A stretch of 64,000 bases of DNA from positions 124,001-188,000 of the IMG/VR virus record IMGVR_UViG_3300042879_006196. The stretch is one strand, 5' to 3'. The translations under genes and the position numbers were made by a program. The notes below the pieces were generated by a model. That model saw only the letters and a program-made list of their open reading frames with translations. It was not told the origin of the DNA and did no database searches. Below are positions 48,309 to 56,591 of the stretch, in pieces (the stretch's first letter is position 1; each line of letters begins with the position of its first letter).

Positions 48309-48373
48309 AAACCTGCTGTTAGCAAAAATTTCAACCAAAATCCCTGAAGGCAAAATCTTCAGGGATTTTTTTT
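48282..48373 (+). promoter_or_regulatory. Transcription attenuator 2
   Basis: 1:2 hairpin TGGTCA-ACCC-[AAGG]-GGGT-AG-TGGCTA (48282-48307); G-run/TGG/GAAA (48293-48311) can pair imperfectly with TTTC/CCA/TCCCT (48329-48345); terminator 48337-48373. Confidence 0.72.
48337..48373 (+). terminator. Intrinsic terminator upstream of tRNA array 2
   Basis: AAAATCCCTGAAGG-CAAAA-TCTTCAGGGATTTTTTTT. Confidence 0.9.
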
Positions 48374-48374
48374 A

Positions 48375-48388
48375 TGTTCTTTGACAAT
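48375..48388 (+). promoter_or_regulatory. boxA-like antitermination element (variant GAACATTGACAAT at 47388-47400)
   Basis: TGTTCTTTGACAAT resembles rrn boxA; same relative position before both arrays. Confidence 0.55.
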
Positions 48389-48398
48389 TAAATAGTGA

Positions 48399-48474
48399 GC
48401 GATATTGGTGTTAATGGTTAGCATCACTGCCTTCCAAGCAGAGGGTGCCAGTTCGAATCTGGCATATCGCTCCA
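48399..48474 (+). tRNA. tRNA-Gly(TCC)
   Basis: GCGATAT/ATATCGC; loop CTTCCAA; U73; CCA. Confidence 0.92.
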
Positions 48475-48482
48475 GATTATGT

Positions 48483-48558
48483 GGCTTTCAGGTGTAACTG
48501 GTGTGCACGAAGTGCTGAAAACGCTTAGGACATAGTTCAATTCTATGGGGAGCCACCA
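48483..48558 (+). tRNA. tRNA-Phe(GAA)
   Basis: AAGTG-CTGAAAA-CGCTT; CCA. Confidence 0.88.
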
Positions 48559-48567
48559 CAATTTTGA

Positions 48568-48654
48568 GGAAGGTAATGCTGAATGGTTTTGGCGAATGTT
48601 TGCTAAACATTTCGGGCTGAAAGGTCTCTGGTTCAATTCCAGTGCCTTCCTCCA
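48568..48654 (+). tRNA. tRNA-Ser(GCT)
   Basis: AATGT-TTGCTAA-ACATT; long variable arm; CCA. Confidence 0.88.
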
Positions 48655-48659
48655 TACAA

Positions 48660-48747
48660 GGGGAATTCGCATAGTGGTCTAGTGCGGCTGTCTTGAAAAC
48701 AGTAGGGCTGAAAGGTTCCGTGGGTTCGAATCCTACATTCCCCTCCA
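48660..48747 (+). tRNA. tRNA-Ser(TGA)
   Basis: GCTGT-CTTGAAA-ACAGT; long variable arm; CCA. Confidence 0.92.
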
Positions 48748-48755
48748 AGTTTTGT

Positions 48756-48829
48756 GTTGTCTCTAGCTCAGTTGGTAGAGCATTCCATCGCGAGGAAAGG
48801 CGAAGGTTCAATTCCTTCGGGCAACACCA
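48756..48829 (+). tRNA. Atypical tRNA-like gene with nominal anticodon CGC, identity uncertain
   Basis: Canonical D and T arms and CCA, but a 4-bp anticodon stem TTCC-ATCGCGA-GGAA, a bulged acceptor stem and no G3:U70. Confidence 0.6.
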
Positions 48830-48835
48830 TTTTAT

Positions 48836-48922
48836 TGAGGAATAGTGTAATTGGTAACACGCTAGGTTTTGGCCCTAGAGACAGAAATGCTCGTCCACGT
48901 TCGAATCGTGGTTCCTCAGCCA
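48836..48922 (+). tRNA. tRNA-Gln(TTG) with a long variable arm
   Basis: TGAGGAA/TTCCTCA; G73; CTAGG-TTTTGGC-CCTAG; 16-nt variable region; CCA. Confidence 0.85.
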
Positions 48923-48925
48923 AGC

Positions 48926-49000
48926 ATCCGAGTAGCTCAATGGTAGAGCCCAATCTTGATAAGGTTGAGGTTTTTGGTTCAAGCCCAAACTCGGATACCA
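48926..49000 (+). tRNA. tRNA-Ile(GAT)
   Basis: CAATC-TTGATAA-GGTTG; CCA. Confidence 0.88.
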
Positions 49001-49001
49001 C

Positions 49002-49076
49002 ATCCGCGTAGCTCAACGGTAGAGCAAAATCCTTACAAGATTGAGGTTTTTGGTTCGAATCCAAACGTGGATACCA
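49002..49076 (+). tRNA. tRNA-Val(TAC)
   Basis: AATC-CTTACAA-GATT; CCA. Confidence 0.88.
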
Positions 49077-49081
49077 ATTTC

Positions 49082-49155
49082 GGCAAATTAGCTCAATGGC
49101 AGAGCGGAGGTATCATAAGCCTTTGATAAAAGTTCGATTCTTTTATTTGCCCCCA
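49082..49155 (+). tRNA. tRNA with CAT anticodon (elongator Met or Ile2)
   Basis: GAGGT-ATCATAA-GCCTT; paired 1:72 and no initiator triple G-C; CCA. Confidence 0.8.
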
Positions 49156-49158
49156 TAA

Positions 49159-49232
49159 GCACGATTAGCTAAATGGTAAAGCAAGGGTCTGCAAAACCTT
49201 TATCGCTGGTTCGATTCCAGCATTGTGCTCCA
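49159..49232 (+). tRNA. tRNA-Cys(GCA)
   Basis: AGGGT-CTGCAAA-ACCTT; U73; CCA. Confidence 0.92.
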
Positions 49233-49235
49233 TAC

Positions 49236-49310
49236 ACCGCTGAGAGTAGGTTGTTTCTAAAGAGTCTCCAAAACTTTTTTACCTGGGTTCAAATCCCAGC
49301 GGCGGTGCCA
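49236..49310 (+). tRNA. tRNA-Trp(CCA), atypical D arm
   Basis: AGAGT-CTCCAAA-ACTTT; G73; CCA. Confidence 0.82.
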
Positions 49311-49313
49311 ATC

Positions 49314-49622
49314 TCACGACACAATCTTAATAATATGCGGTTCTGTTTCTGAGATATTGAATATACCATCACCCAATTGATATTTTTTACCTAAATCATC
49401 AATGAAATCCTGAAATTGCGTTTCAGCATTTTCAATCACTTCTTGGTTTTGTGCAAATTCTGCCTGTAGGGATTGCATTTGCTTTTCAGTTTTTCTCATC
49501 ATATCAAATAAATCTGATCTTTTTCCTTTCAGATTAAGAATACCAGCTCTCATTTGGGTATAGTTGTTGAATTCTTCTTTGGAAAGTGCTTTTTCAGATT
49601 GTGTGTCGCTTTTGAACTTCAT
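49314..49622 (-). CDS. Hypothetical coiled-coil protein
   Basis: 102-aa ORF downstream of the endolysin. Confidence 0.55.
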   Translation of the reverse strand: MKFKSDTQSEKALSKEEFNNYTQMRAGILNLKGKRSDLFDMMRKTEKQMQSLQAEFAQNQEVIENAETQFQDFIDDLGKKYQLGDGIFNISETEPHIIKIVS

Positions 49623-49640
49623 AATATTATTTTACAAGAT

Positions 49641-50489
49641 TTATCTTGTTCTTATTAAAACAAAAGTGGCTCCAGTTTTATCACAAACATCTCTCAAAAA
49701 TATCCAAGCGCTGCCATTTTCATCTATCTCGGCTACAGGCACAGAATAACCTTTCAAGCCATTCATCCACACAATGTTTTTGCCCATTTTTGTCAAAGCA
49801 TAATTTTTGGGTTGTAATTTATTAATAAATTCTCTAGCAGGAACAATAGTTCTACTATTTACCACTCTTGTTTTACCATAAATGAAAACATTATCTCCCA
49901 ATGTTATTTCAAAAACAGGATTAGTCCAAGGCGCGGCACCTTCCCCACTAAAAATTAAATATTGTTTATTTACTGCATCTACAAATTTTGTTTTGTCTAC
50001 AAGTTTACCAGGGCATGTTTTATTTGTCAAAGGGTCATCTCTATGGAATTTAAGTGTAGGTGGTTGCACCTTTAGATAATCGCAAAGAAACCCACACAAT
50101 TCTTGAGTGATTTCAAAAATTTCTTTTGCTCTATGTGAAGTGAAATCTGTAACAGTGTCGTAGTCACCTAGCATTTCTATACCCCAAGCATTAGCATTAT
50201 AGCTTTTGGCATGTACGCCAGGTTTGTTTAATGCTTGAAAAAGAATAATTCCTTTATCATCTACAAAAAAATGTGGTGCACCGTTCCAATTCATAACATG
50301 CTCATAATAATATTTCAAATTGATGAGATGTTGATCTGTGAAGCCATTTGGTCTTTGTGAAAGATTAGGTGAGGCTGTGTGATGTACTACAACAAATTGC
50401 GGTTTAAATGAAGTGAAATTCAAAGTTGCTAAATAAGTTTTTAGTTCTGCGATCGTTACTCTTTTGCCAACATAAGGAATAGTGCCCAT
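49641..50489 (-). CDS. N-acetylmuramoyl-L-alanine amidase (Amidase_2/PGRP-like endolysin)
   Basis: VVVHHTA...HFFVD...GVHAKSYN...GIEMLG...FHRD...KTCPG; C-terminal domain resembling copper amine oxidase N-terminal repeats. Confidence 0.88.
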   Translation of the reverse strand: MGTIPYVGKRVTIAELKTYLATLNFTSFKPQFVVVHHTASPNLSQRPNGFTDQHLINLKYYYEHVMNWNGAPHFFVDDKGIILFQALNKPGVHAKSYNANAWGIEMLGDYDTVTDFTSHRAKEIFEITQELCGFLCDYLKVQPPTLKFHRDDPLTNKTCPGKLVDKTKFVDAVNKQYLIFSGEGAAPWTNPVFEITLGDNVFIYGKTRVVNSRTIVPAREFINKLQPKNYALTKMGKNIVWMNGLKGYSVPVAEIDENGSAWIFLRDVCDKTGATFVLIRTR

Positions 50490-50544
50490 AACTTTATTCT
50501 TCTAAATAAAAATTAATTTTCACTTTTTCTTTTATAACTTTAAT

Positions 50545-51090
50545 ATGACTTTGAATTGCAATATTCCACATTTTGAATGTTTTGTTAAAAAAGAATTTCT
50601 TACCAACTTTACACAATCTGATGAGTTGATAAAAGCCAAAGCTTTTGCAGTGTCGAGCACAAGAGGTCAAGTGTTACAGTTTCATGTTTTGACAGAGCAT
50701 GGAGCAATGTTTTCTAAACTTCCAGTGCATGCTTTAGTTCTTAAAAAAGATTATGAAAAAATGGAATTAAATCAGCTTGTCACTTATGATACTTTTAGTT
50801 TTCATTTGTCAAACATTACTTATGATTATTTAAAATATTTGACATGCACATACTTTGCTGGTGATAAACGCGAAAAATATGGGGCTACATATTTTACAAC
50901 AGTTGATTTTTATGATTCCGAGTATGCAGATCACCCTGGTGTCACTAAATGTTGTCATATTTTGTTTTTAGATAATGGCAATATTGCGGCAGCACCAAAC
51001 AATAGAATCCTATGGAACGACACAGGATTAAAGTCAGATGTAACGAAAATTGATTATAAGCCTTTAAATAAAATCTTTACAGTGGAATGA
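50545..51090 (+). CDS. Conserved hypothetical phage protein
   Basis: LNCNIPHFECFV...FHVLTEHGAMFSKLPVHAL...LDNGNIAAAPNNRILW. Confidence 0.6.
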   Translation: MTLNCNIPHFECFVKKEFLTNFTQSDELIKAKAFAVSSTRGQVLQFHVLTEHGAMFSKLPVHALVLKKDYEKMELNQLVTYDTFSFHLSNITYDYLKYLTCTYFAGDKREKYGATYFTTVDFYDSEYADHPGVTKCCHILFLDNGNIAAAPNNRILWNDTGLKSDVTKIDYKPLNKIFTVE

Positions 51091-51872
51091 AAATATTTTT
51101 TGATCATATTCTTTTTCAGCAAACTAATTACAATTTTAATCATACACTTGTATCTGCAATTTTTGAAGAAAATGAATATAATTATGCATTAGAAAATGGA
51201 TGGTTTCCAGATAATTTTTGGATAAATTCATCTACAAGTCATTCAATAAGATGTGAAAAATTGGGCGAATTTGTTTGGTCTCCAATAAGATCTTCTAGAA
51301 TTAAAGTGGAGGATTTTGTACTTGACAAAAAAGATAGAAGATTACTTAAAAATAATATTGATGTAGAAAAGCAAATTGTTTCGCAAATAGATACTGTAGA
51401 AGTGTTTGAAGTTTATAAAAAATATATTTGCGCAAAAGGATTCGATGATTTTAAGGATTCATTAGAAGATTTCAAACATAGTTTTTGCCGAGAAGATTTT
51501 CATTTTTTACTTTACAAACAAAACACAATCTTAATAGGCTTTTGTATTGTGCAACCATTTGGAAATAATCTAGTGTCTTATCAATTTTGTTGGGATTATG
51601 AAAATCCAAAATTAAGTTTGGGAAAATTTTCACAAATTCAAGAAATAGAATATGCTAAATCACTCAACATGAATTATGTTTACATAGGATGCATTGCTGA
51701 AAAAGAAGGAATGTATAAAAGTAATTTTTCTGGATTTGAATATTTTAATGGAAGAGAATGGAGAAAGAAAGATAACTTAATCGAAAAATGGCTTTTGAAT
51801 GATTCAGATTGTGTGAGTATTGACAGATTGTGTGAGTTAGAAAAGGAATACATCAAAGACTACCAGGTTTAA
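51087..51872 (+). CDS. Aminoacyl-tRNA-protein transferase-like (ATE1/Bpt family GNAT fold)
   Basis: ALENGWF...RSSRI...YQFCWDYENPKLSLGKFSQIQEIEYAK...YVYIG...MYKSNF. Confidence 0.75.
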   Translation: MKIFFDHILFQQTNYNFNHTLVSAIFEENEYNYALENGWFPDNFWINSSTSHSIRCEKLGEFVWSPIRSSRIKVEDFVLDKKDRRLLKNNIDVEKQIVSQIDTVEVFEVYKKYICAKGFDDFKDSLEDFKHSFCREDFHFLLYKQNTILIGFCIVQPFGNNLVSYQFCWDYENPKLSLGKFSQIQEIEYAKSLNMNYVYIGCIAEKEGMYKSNFSGFEYFNGREWRKKDNLIEKWLLNDSDCVSIDRLCELEKEYIKDYQV

Positions 51873-51893
51873 CCCATTTTAATTTAAAAATGA

Positions 51894-52283
51894 TTATTGA
51901 ATTTCAGGCTCAAAATAAGAAATCATCGTGATAGCTTCTGATTTATTAGTGAACATAGGAAAAAATCTCTCTTCAGTTCTGATCACATAATTCACATTAT
52001 CATCGGGAATAATTTCCGCTTTTACTAAACAATCTAAAATAGCCTTATTAATGTTATCAATGTCTGATTTTCTCGTGAAACCCCTTCCTTGCACTACTTT
52101 AATTTCTATTTCTATTGGAAAGCCATCAGGCTTATCTAGACCATTTTTTAACAGCGGAATATTTAGTTCAAGCCAATTTCTATAATGTTTTGATTTAACC
52201 ATCCCATATTTTTTAGATGGTGTATACATTTTGTTTTTAGAAATAGGTGGACCAATCGTGATTGAAGTGCGTTTTATAATCAT
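51894..52283 (-). CDS. rusA: RusA family Holliday junction resolvase
   Basis: PPISKNKMY...RKSDIDNINKAILDCLVKAEIIPDDN. Confidence 0.85.
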   Translation of the reverse strand: MIIKRTSITIGPPISKNKMYTPSKKYGMVKSKHYRNWLELNIPLLKNGLDKPDGFPIEIEIKVVQGRGFTRKSDIDNINKAILDCLVKAEIIPDDNVNYVIRTEERFFPMFTNKSEAITMISYFEPEIQ

Positions 52284-52300
52284 AAATTATACAGGCAAAA

Positions 52301-54349
52301 TTAAGAAGCTCCACCTTTCCATATTTGTCTGAACATTCTTGATCTTCCACCAGGGAAAGCGTATTCTGGCACTGTGACGGTACCCATAACAGGTCGCACA
52401 GCAATTGGAAGTTTTTTGAGAAGCTCGTTGAATTCTTCTTGATACATTTTTGCCGTGTCTTTAATACTCGCCACTGCATCAAATGATCCAGACTCAGGAT
52501 CCATTACTAACAATCTTCGCTCTCTTTGATTAAGCCCCACAACAAGTTGCCGTAGCAAATAATATGTGGCACCAGATACCAATGTTGCATCATAATAAAA
52601 AGGCACTGTTGCAACATTGTATATTTTATTTAAACCTGGTTGAGCATTAATAGCTTGAAGAGCTAAATACAATGCGTTGTTTATTTGAGTGTTGGTAAAC
52701 ATTCTTACATAATAAGTGACAAGCAGCGTATCATATTCTTGAATACTAACTGGGTCGCCATTAATATCAAAGAAATAAAATTTCCCTTCATTGGTAAATC
52801 TATAAAATAATCCATTTGGATAGTTATTTGTTAGTGTTGAGGGATTGTCAAATGGATCACTCAAAGATTGGTCTAAGCTATTATAAAATCCAGTGTAAGG
52901 GCTTAATACAAACATACTGGATCTTTGACCACCATTTGTTGAACATGTAATTCTTACTTGTGGTGCAGGATCTGTAACCATATCGCCATATGCTAAAGTG
53001 GCAGAAGTTCGCTGGAAACCAAATAAAGGCTCTTCATCGTAAACTGGTACTCTTAACAATGCGTTGAGTTCAAACAAAACGGAAGATTTCAAAAGCAATT
53101 CATCACCAATCATTGGTTGAATTGATAATGTAGATGTAAAATCATAGTTAGTTTGTTTTATGTAATAAGTGTCTGCTGGATTACCAGAGTTATCTATAAA
53201 CTCATTCAAAGGCGCAGCTACACTTGCAACAAAATCTAGAGCAGTAGGAATATAAGTGAGCCTGTTGTTGGCATCTCCTACAATAATATTATAATCTTGA
53301 TCCTCAACCACAGAATTAGGCGTGTCAAACTGTTGATAATTCACCCCTGTAGACCCAACAGTGTTTATAATTTGCCCCTCTGTAGATGTAGAACTAGAAA
53401 CAGATTCAACCGAATATCCAACGCCATTAAAACCATAAGTAGTGGTATTAACAGTGACAGATGTTGACGCCACAACATTCACCGTGTTATTGTAAGAATC
53501 GCAAGCAACTAAAATACCAAAGTGATTGTATATTAATGCTGACCAAACTTGATCTGATGGAGTCAATGCAAAATTCAAAGACCACTGTGAGGTTGTATTT
53601 CCAAGATTGATGTTACCATCATAAATCCATTCCGAAATATTATTATCATAATCTGCAACAGCTACTTTTGAACCATCATAATTAGATATTTTTTTAACAG
53701 CGGCATTTAGTCCATTTGAAGAATTAATTATCACACCAGAAGAACCAGCATCTGCCACCACTGTGTTTCCGCTCATACTCACATTAGTTGCAAAAACTGA
53801 ACCACTAAAGCCGCAATATAATCTATCTTTATAAAAACTAAAATCCAGATCTTGATAAAATGATGTGCTTGCACCAACAAACACAGAATATTCAATAGTG
53901 TTTTGTTTAGTGAATGTAGAGTTCGCAAAAGTGAACACTGTCAAGTTGGACGCAAACCCAACCATTATCACTTCGCTTGTTCCAATTGTTCCAACTTTCA
54001 AATTAACAGGAGTGGCTGATCCTAAGTAACTATTGCTTGCAAAAGCTTGCGTGGTGAATGTATTGCCCACCTTTTTATAAGCAATTAACCCTGATTGATT
54101 CAAGCAATAAATGTATGTTGTGCCTGATCCTAAAGCAATTGGCAAACCCAGATTTTGTGTAGAGTTGTTAGTGTATGTAGAAACAATGAGAGGAAATCTA
54201 TAGTCATTGTTAGCTACACCTTTGAAAATTAAAGATTGGGTAGATGGGAAGTTTGTGTCAGGATCCCAAGACACATATACTCCTGGGTTACCATGACTAT
54301 TATTGTATTGTCCTATTAAACCTTGTTGAAATGGCACTGCACTAGGCAT
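52301..54349 (-). CDS. Putative virion neck protein with a beta-propeller/NHL-like N-terminus and an adaptor-like C-terminus
   Basis: GSTGVNYQQFDTPNSVVED...VGDANNRL NHL-like repeat; C-terminal FTNTQINNALYLALQAINAQP helical adaptor-like segment. Confidence 0.5.
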   Translation of the reverse strand: MPSAVPFQQGLIGQYNNSHGNPGVYVSWDPDTNFPSTQSLIFKGVANNDYRFPLIVSTYTNNSTQNLGLPIALGSGTTYIYCLNQSGLIAYKKVGNTFTTQAFASNSYLGSATPVNLKVGTIGTSEVIMVGFASNLTVFTFANSTFTKQNTIEYSVFVGASTSFYQDLDFSFYKDRLYCGFSGSVFATNVSMSGNTVVADAGSSGVIINSSNGLNAAVKKISNYDGSKVAVADYDNNISEWIYDGNINLGNTTSQWSLNFALTPSDQVWSALIYNHFGILVACDSYNNTVNVVASTSVTVNTTTYGFNGVGYSVESVSSSTSTEGQIINTVGSTGVNYQQFDTPNSVVEDQDYNIIVGDANNRLTYIPTALDFVASVAAPLNEFIDNSGNPADTYYIKQTNYDFTSTLSIQPMIGDELLLKSSVLFELNALLRVPVYDEEPLFGFQRTSATLAYGDMVTDPAPQVRITCSTNGGQRSSMFVLSPYTGFYNSLDQSLSDPFDNPSTLTNNYPNGLFYRFTNEGKFYFFDINGDPVSIQEYDTLLVTYYVRMFTNTQINNALYLALQAINAQPGLNKIYNVATVPFYYDATLVSGATYYLLRQLVVGLNQRERRLLVMDPESGSFDAVASIKDTAKMYQEEFNELLKKLPIAVRPVMGTVTVPEYAFPGGRSRMFRQIWKGGAS

Positions 54350-54387
54350 AATATATTTTTATGGAAAAAACACATTATGCCTTTAAT

Positions 54388-55203
54388 TTATTCTTCAGAA
54401 TCTAGCACAATAGCTTCTGCAAAATCTTCGTCAGATTCATCGATGCCCATGTCGTAGTTATTTGACTCAACAATATCATCGTAACCAACTACATCTCTCA
54501 ATAAATCAGCTTTCATAGCTACCTCTTCGCTGTCTATTCCAGAATCAATTCTTGCATCTCTATTAAGGTTGGTCATTTTAGCTTGAACCACTCCAACAGA
54601 ATTTGAAGTATCATTCGAAGGAACAGCATAATAAACATTGTGATTTTTTTCTGTGGCGGCAGTTTTAGTTCTAGAAAGAAGCTTTGGTACAATACCTGGA
54701 TCATTTTCTACAATTTCTGCAAATTCCTCAGCAGTCAAAACTTCTCCTCTTTCATCAGAAAGTCTACTTGCAATTTCATAAGCAGTGACATAAGACATAG
54801 GGTGGCTTGCTGAACCTGAGATGTCTAATTCTGAATTTTTTCTTTTTCCTTTTTCAAGGTCAATAGTATCAACATCAAATTCTTTATCATCAGTTTTTAA
54901 TTTATTAAGCTTTGTCTTATTTTGTTGCTCTCTCAAAAGTTGTTTTTTTTCCTTTTGATATTGCATTTCCATAGTCTTTTCATATTCTTCTGGGGAAAGT
55001 TTTCTTAAAATACCATTTCTAATTGAATCTTTTAAGTTTCTTGATCTTCTAATTACATTTTCGTCTTCCCATGTAAGATCTTTCACTTCTGTAGGGGCAA
55101 ACAATAAGCCGATATCGCTCACTGAATGCCAACCCAAAGTAATATTTTGGACAATGAATGTTTCTCTTTCTGTGCTAGAGTTTGTCATAATAATCTTATA
55201 CAT
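54388..55203 (-). CDS. Hypothetical phage protein
   Basis: 271-aa ORF. Confidence 0.55.
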   Translation of the reverse strand: MYKIIMTNSSTERETFIVQNITLGWHSVSDIGLLFAPTEVKDLTWEDENVIRRSRNLKDSIRNGILRKLSPEEYEKTMEMQYQKEKKQLLREQQNKTKLNKLKTDDKEFDVDTIDLEKGKRKNSELDISGSASHPMSYVTAYEIASRLSDERGEVLTAEEFAEIVENDPGIVPKLLSRTKTAATEKNHNVYYAVPSNDTSNSVGVVQAKMTNLNRDARIDSGIDSEEVAMKADLLRDVVGYDDIVESNNYDMGIDESDEDFAEAIVLDSEE

Positions 55204-55532
55204 TAAAAATCAGAAAGTTTTTTGTCACCATTTTTAAATTCATTGCCTAACCAATATTCATTTGACACAGATTCTCTGGAATCAGGTGGCGCATCTTTTT
55301 TTCTTTTAAGTGTTTCATCTTTCATCCATTTTCCTGAATCAATTCTTTTTTCTGTTGCGCCAAGTTTTTTTTGGTTTGCGGTTCGTCCTTCCTTAGTAGC
55401 AAAAGAATCAAAAATTCTTTTCATTGTACCTTCCCCACAAGGACATTCCATTTCTGCTTTATAATCATTTATAGTAAGGTGAATTTCATGAATCGAATTA
55501 TTACAAGTGCATCTGAATCTGAAAAGCGGCAT
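55203..55532 (-). CDS. FmdB-like zinc-ribbon protein (start probably ATG at 55532)
   Basis: MPLFRFRCTC...ECPCGEGTMKRIF. Confidence 0.7.
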   Translation of the reverse strand: MPLFRFRCTCNNSIHEIHLTINDYKAEMECPCGEGTMKRIFDSFATKEGRTANQKKLGATEKRIDSGKWMKDETLKRKKDAPPDSRESVSNEYWLGNEFKNGDKKLSDF

Positions 55533-55684
55533 AAAAAATTTGTACATTTTTATTGCGTGAAAGCAAGGGATCATTTCAAAACAAATATATATGAAGAGGT
55601 AGTTTTTAAAAATGGTAAAAAAGCTTTGAAGGCAGTGAATCCTTCAAATAATGTTGTGTCATATTTAATTGTTAAGGAGTTTTA

Positions 55685-56590
55685 ATGGCAGATATAGGAA
55701 CAGCAGTAAAAACAGTTGGTGGTTTTTTGGGCGTTAAAGAAATATTTGACCAAATAGTTAATAATTTTTTTGGTAAAGAAAAAACAGATACTACATTGGT
55801 AAAAGATAAGTTTGAACAATCAAAATTATTCAATCAACTCGCTGAATCATTGAAATCTATAAACTTCACAGAAGCTCAATTACCACCAGAATTGCAAAAT
55901 GAATCTATAGGATTTCCAGAAAGATTACAAGCATTTTTATCTAATCGTTCGATAAGATTTTTCAATAACACTAATACTTTAGAGTTTGTAAAATCAATGA
56001 TTAATTTTATTTCATCTACAAAGAATTTTGTAAACTATGATCCAAATTACGGACAAGACTTTATAAATTACATAAAAAAATCTTTAAGCGTAGGCAAAAC
56101 ATTAACTGAAATTGATTCAGATTTGAATGCAATGTTAGAAAAAATTATGTTTCCTTCTTATATAATTCTAAGGTTAAGGGGTGAGACAAATAGCGCAAAA
56201 TTAGTTTTAATTTTGCAAAATTTTGGAAAATTAGACCAAAATACACTCAAAGATTTTGCAAATATTGAAAAAGAATCAACTTTACTATATGGTGAACATT
56301 CTTCAGATTTTGATTTAAAAATAGAAAATGAACAAGCTTTAGAAACTTTCATGTTTTACAGAAATTTAGCAGAAAACAAAATTTATAATTTACAAGTTGA
56401 TACTAACATTAGCTATATAGAAGATTTTAAAAGAAACATTGCAAATTTATATAACTGTAAAGATGAAACATGTATTTCAAAATACATTGGATCAGCAATC
56501 AATTTTGCTAAAATAAGAGAACAGGTGGGCATTGCACTTAATACATACAATCCTGCTGAGGCATATCAGCCAAATATAGGTAGTAAATAA
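55685..56590 (+). CDS. Hypothetical protein
   Basis: RBS AAGGAG; 301 aa. Confidence 0.6.
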   Translation: MADIGTAVKTVGGFLGVKEIFDQIVNNFFGKEKTDTTLVKDKFEQSKLFNQLAESLKSINFTEAQLPPELQNESIGFPERLQAFLSNRSIRFFNNTNTLEFVKSMINFISSTKNFVNYDPNYGQDFINYIKKSLSVGKTLTEIDSDLNAMLEKIMFPSYIILRLRGETNSAKLVLILQNFGKLDQNTLKDFANIEKESTLLYGEHSSDFDLKIENEQALETFMFYRNLAENKIYNLQVDTNISYIEDFKRNIANLYNCKDETCISKYIGSAINFAKIREQVGIALNTYNPAEAYQPNIGSK

Positions 56591-56591
56591 A

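Noticed and set aside
47361-49064. ORF-track entries overlapping the tRNA arrays (47361-47669, 47418-47627, 48424-48672, 48488-48811, 48754-49011, 48768-49064)
   Set aside because: They are shadow translations of tRNA genes with clear cloverleaf structures.
51805-51837. Direct repeat CAGATTGTGTGAGT twice as a possible mini-CRISPR
   Set aside because: There are only two 14-bp copies 5 nt apart, inside a CDS; they are part of the dispersed 9-mer family. No CRISPR array or cas gene was seen.
55371-55685. 104-aa + strand ORF
   Set aside because: It overlaps the better-supported FmdB-like gene on the - strand and has no RBS or motif.
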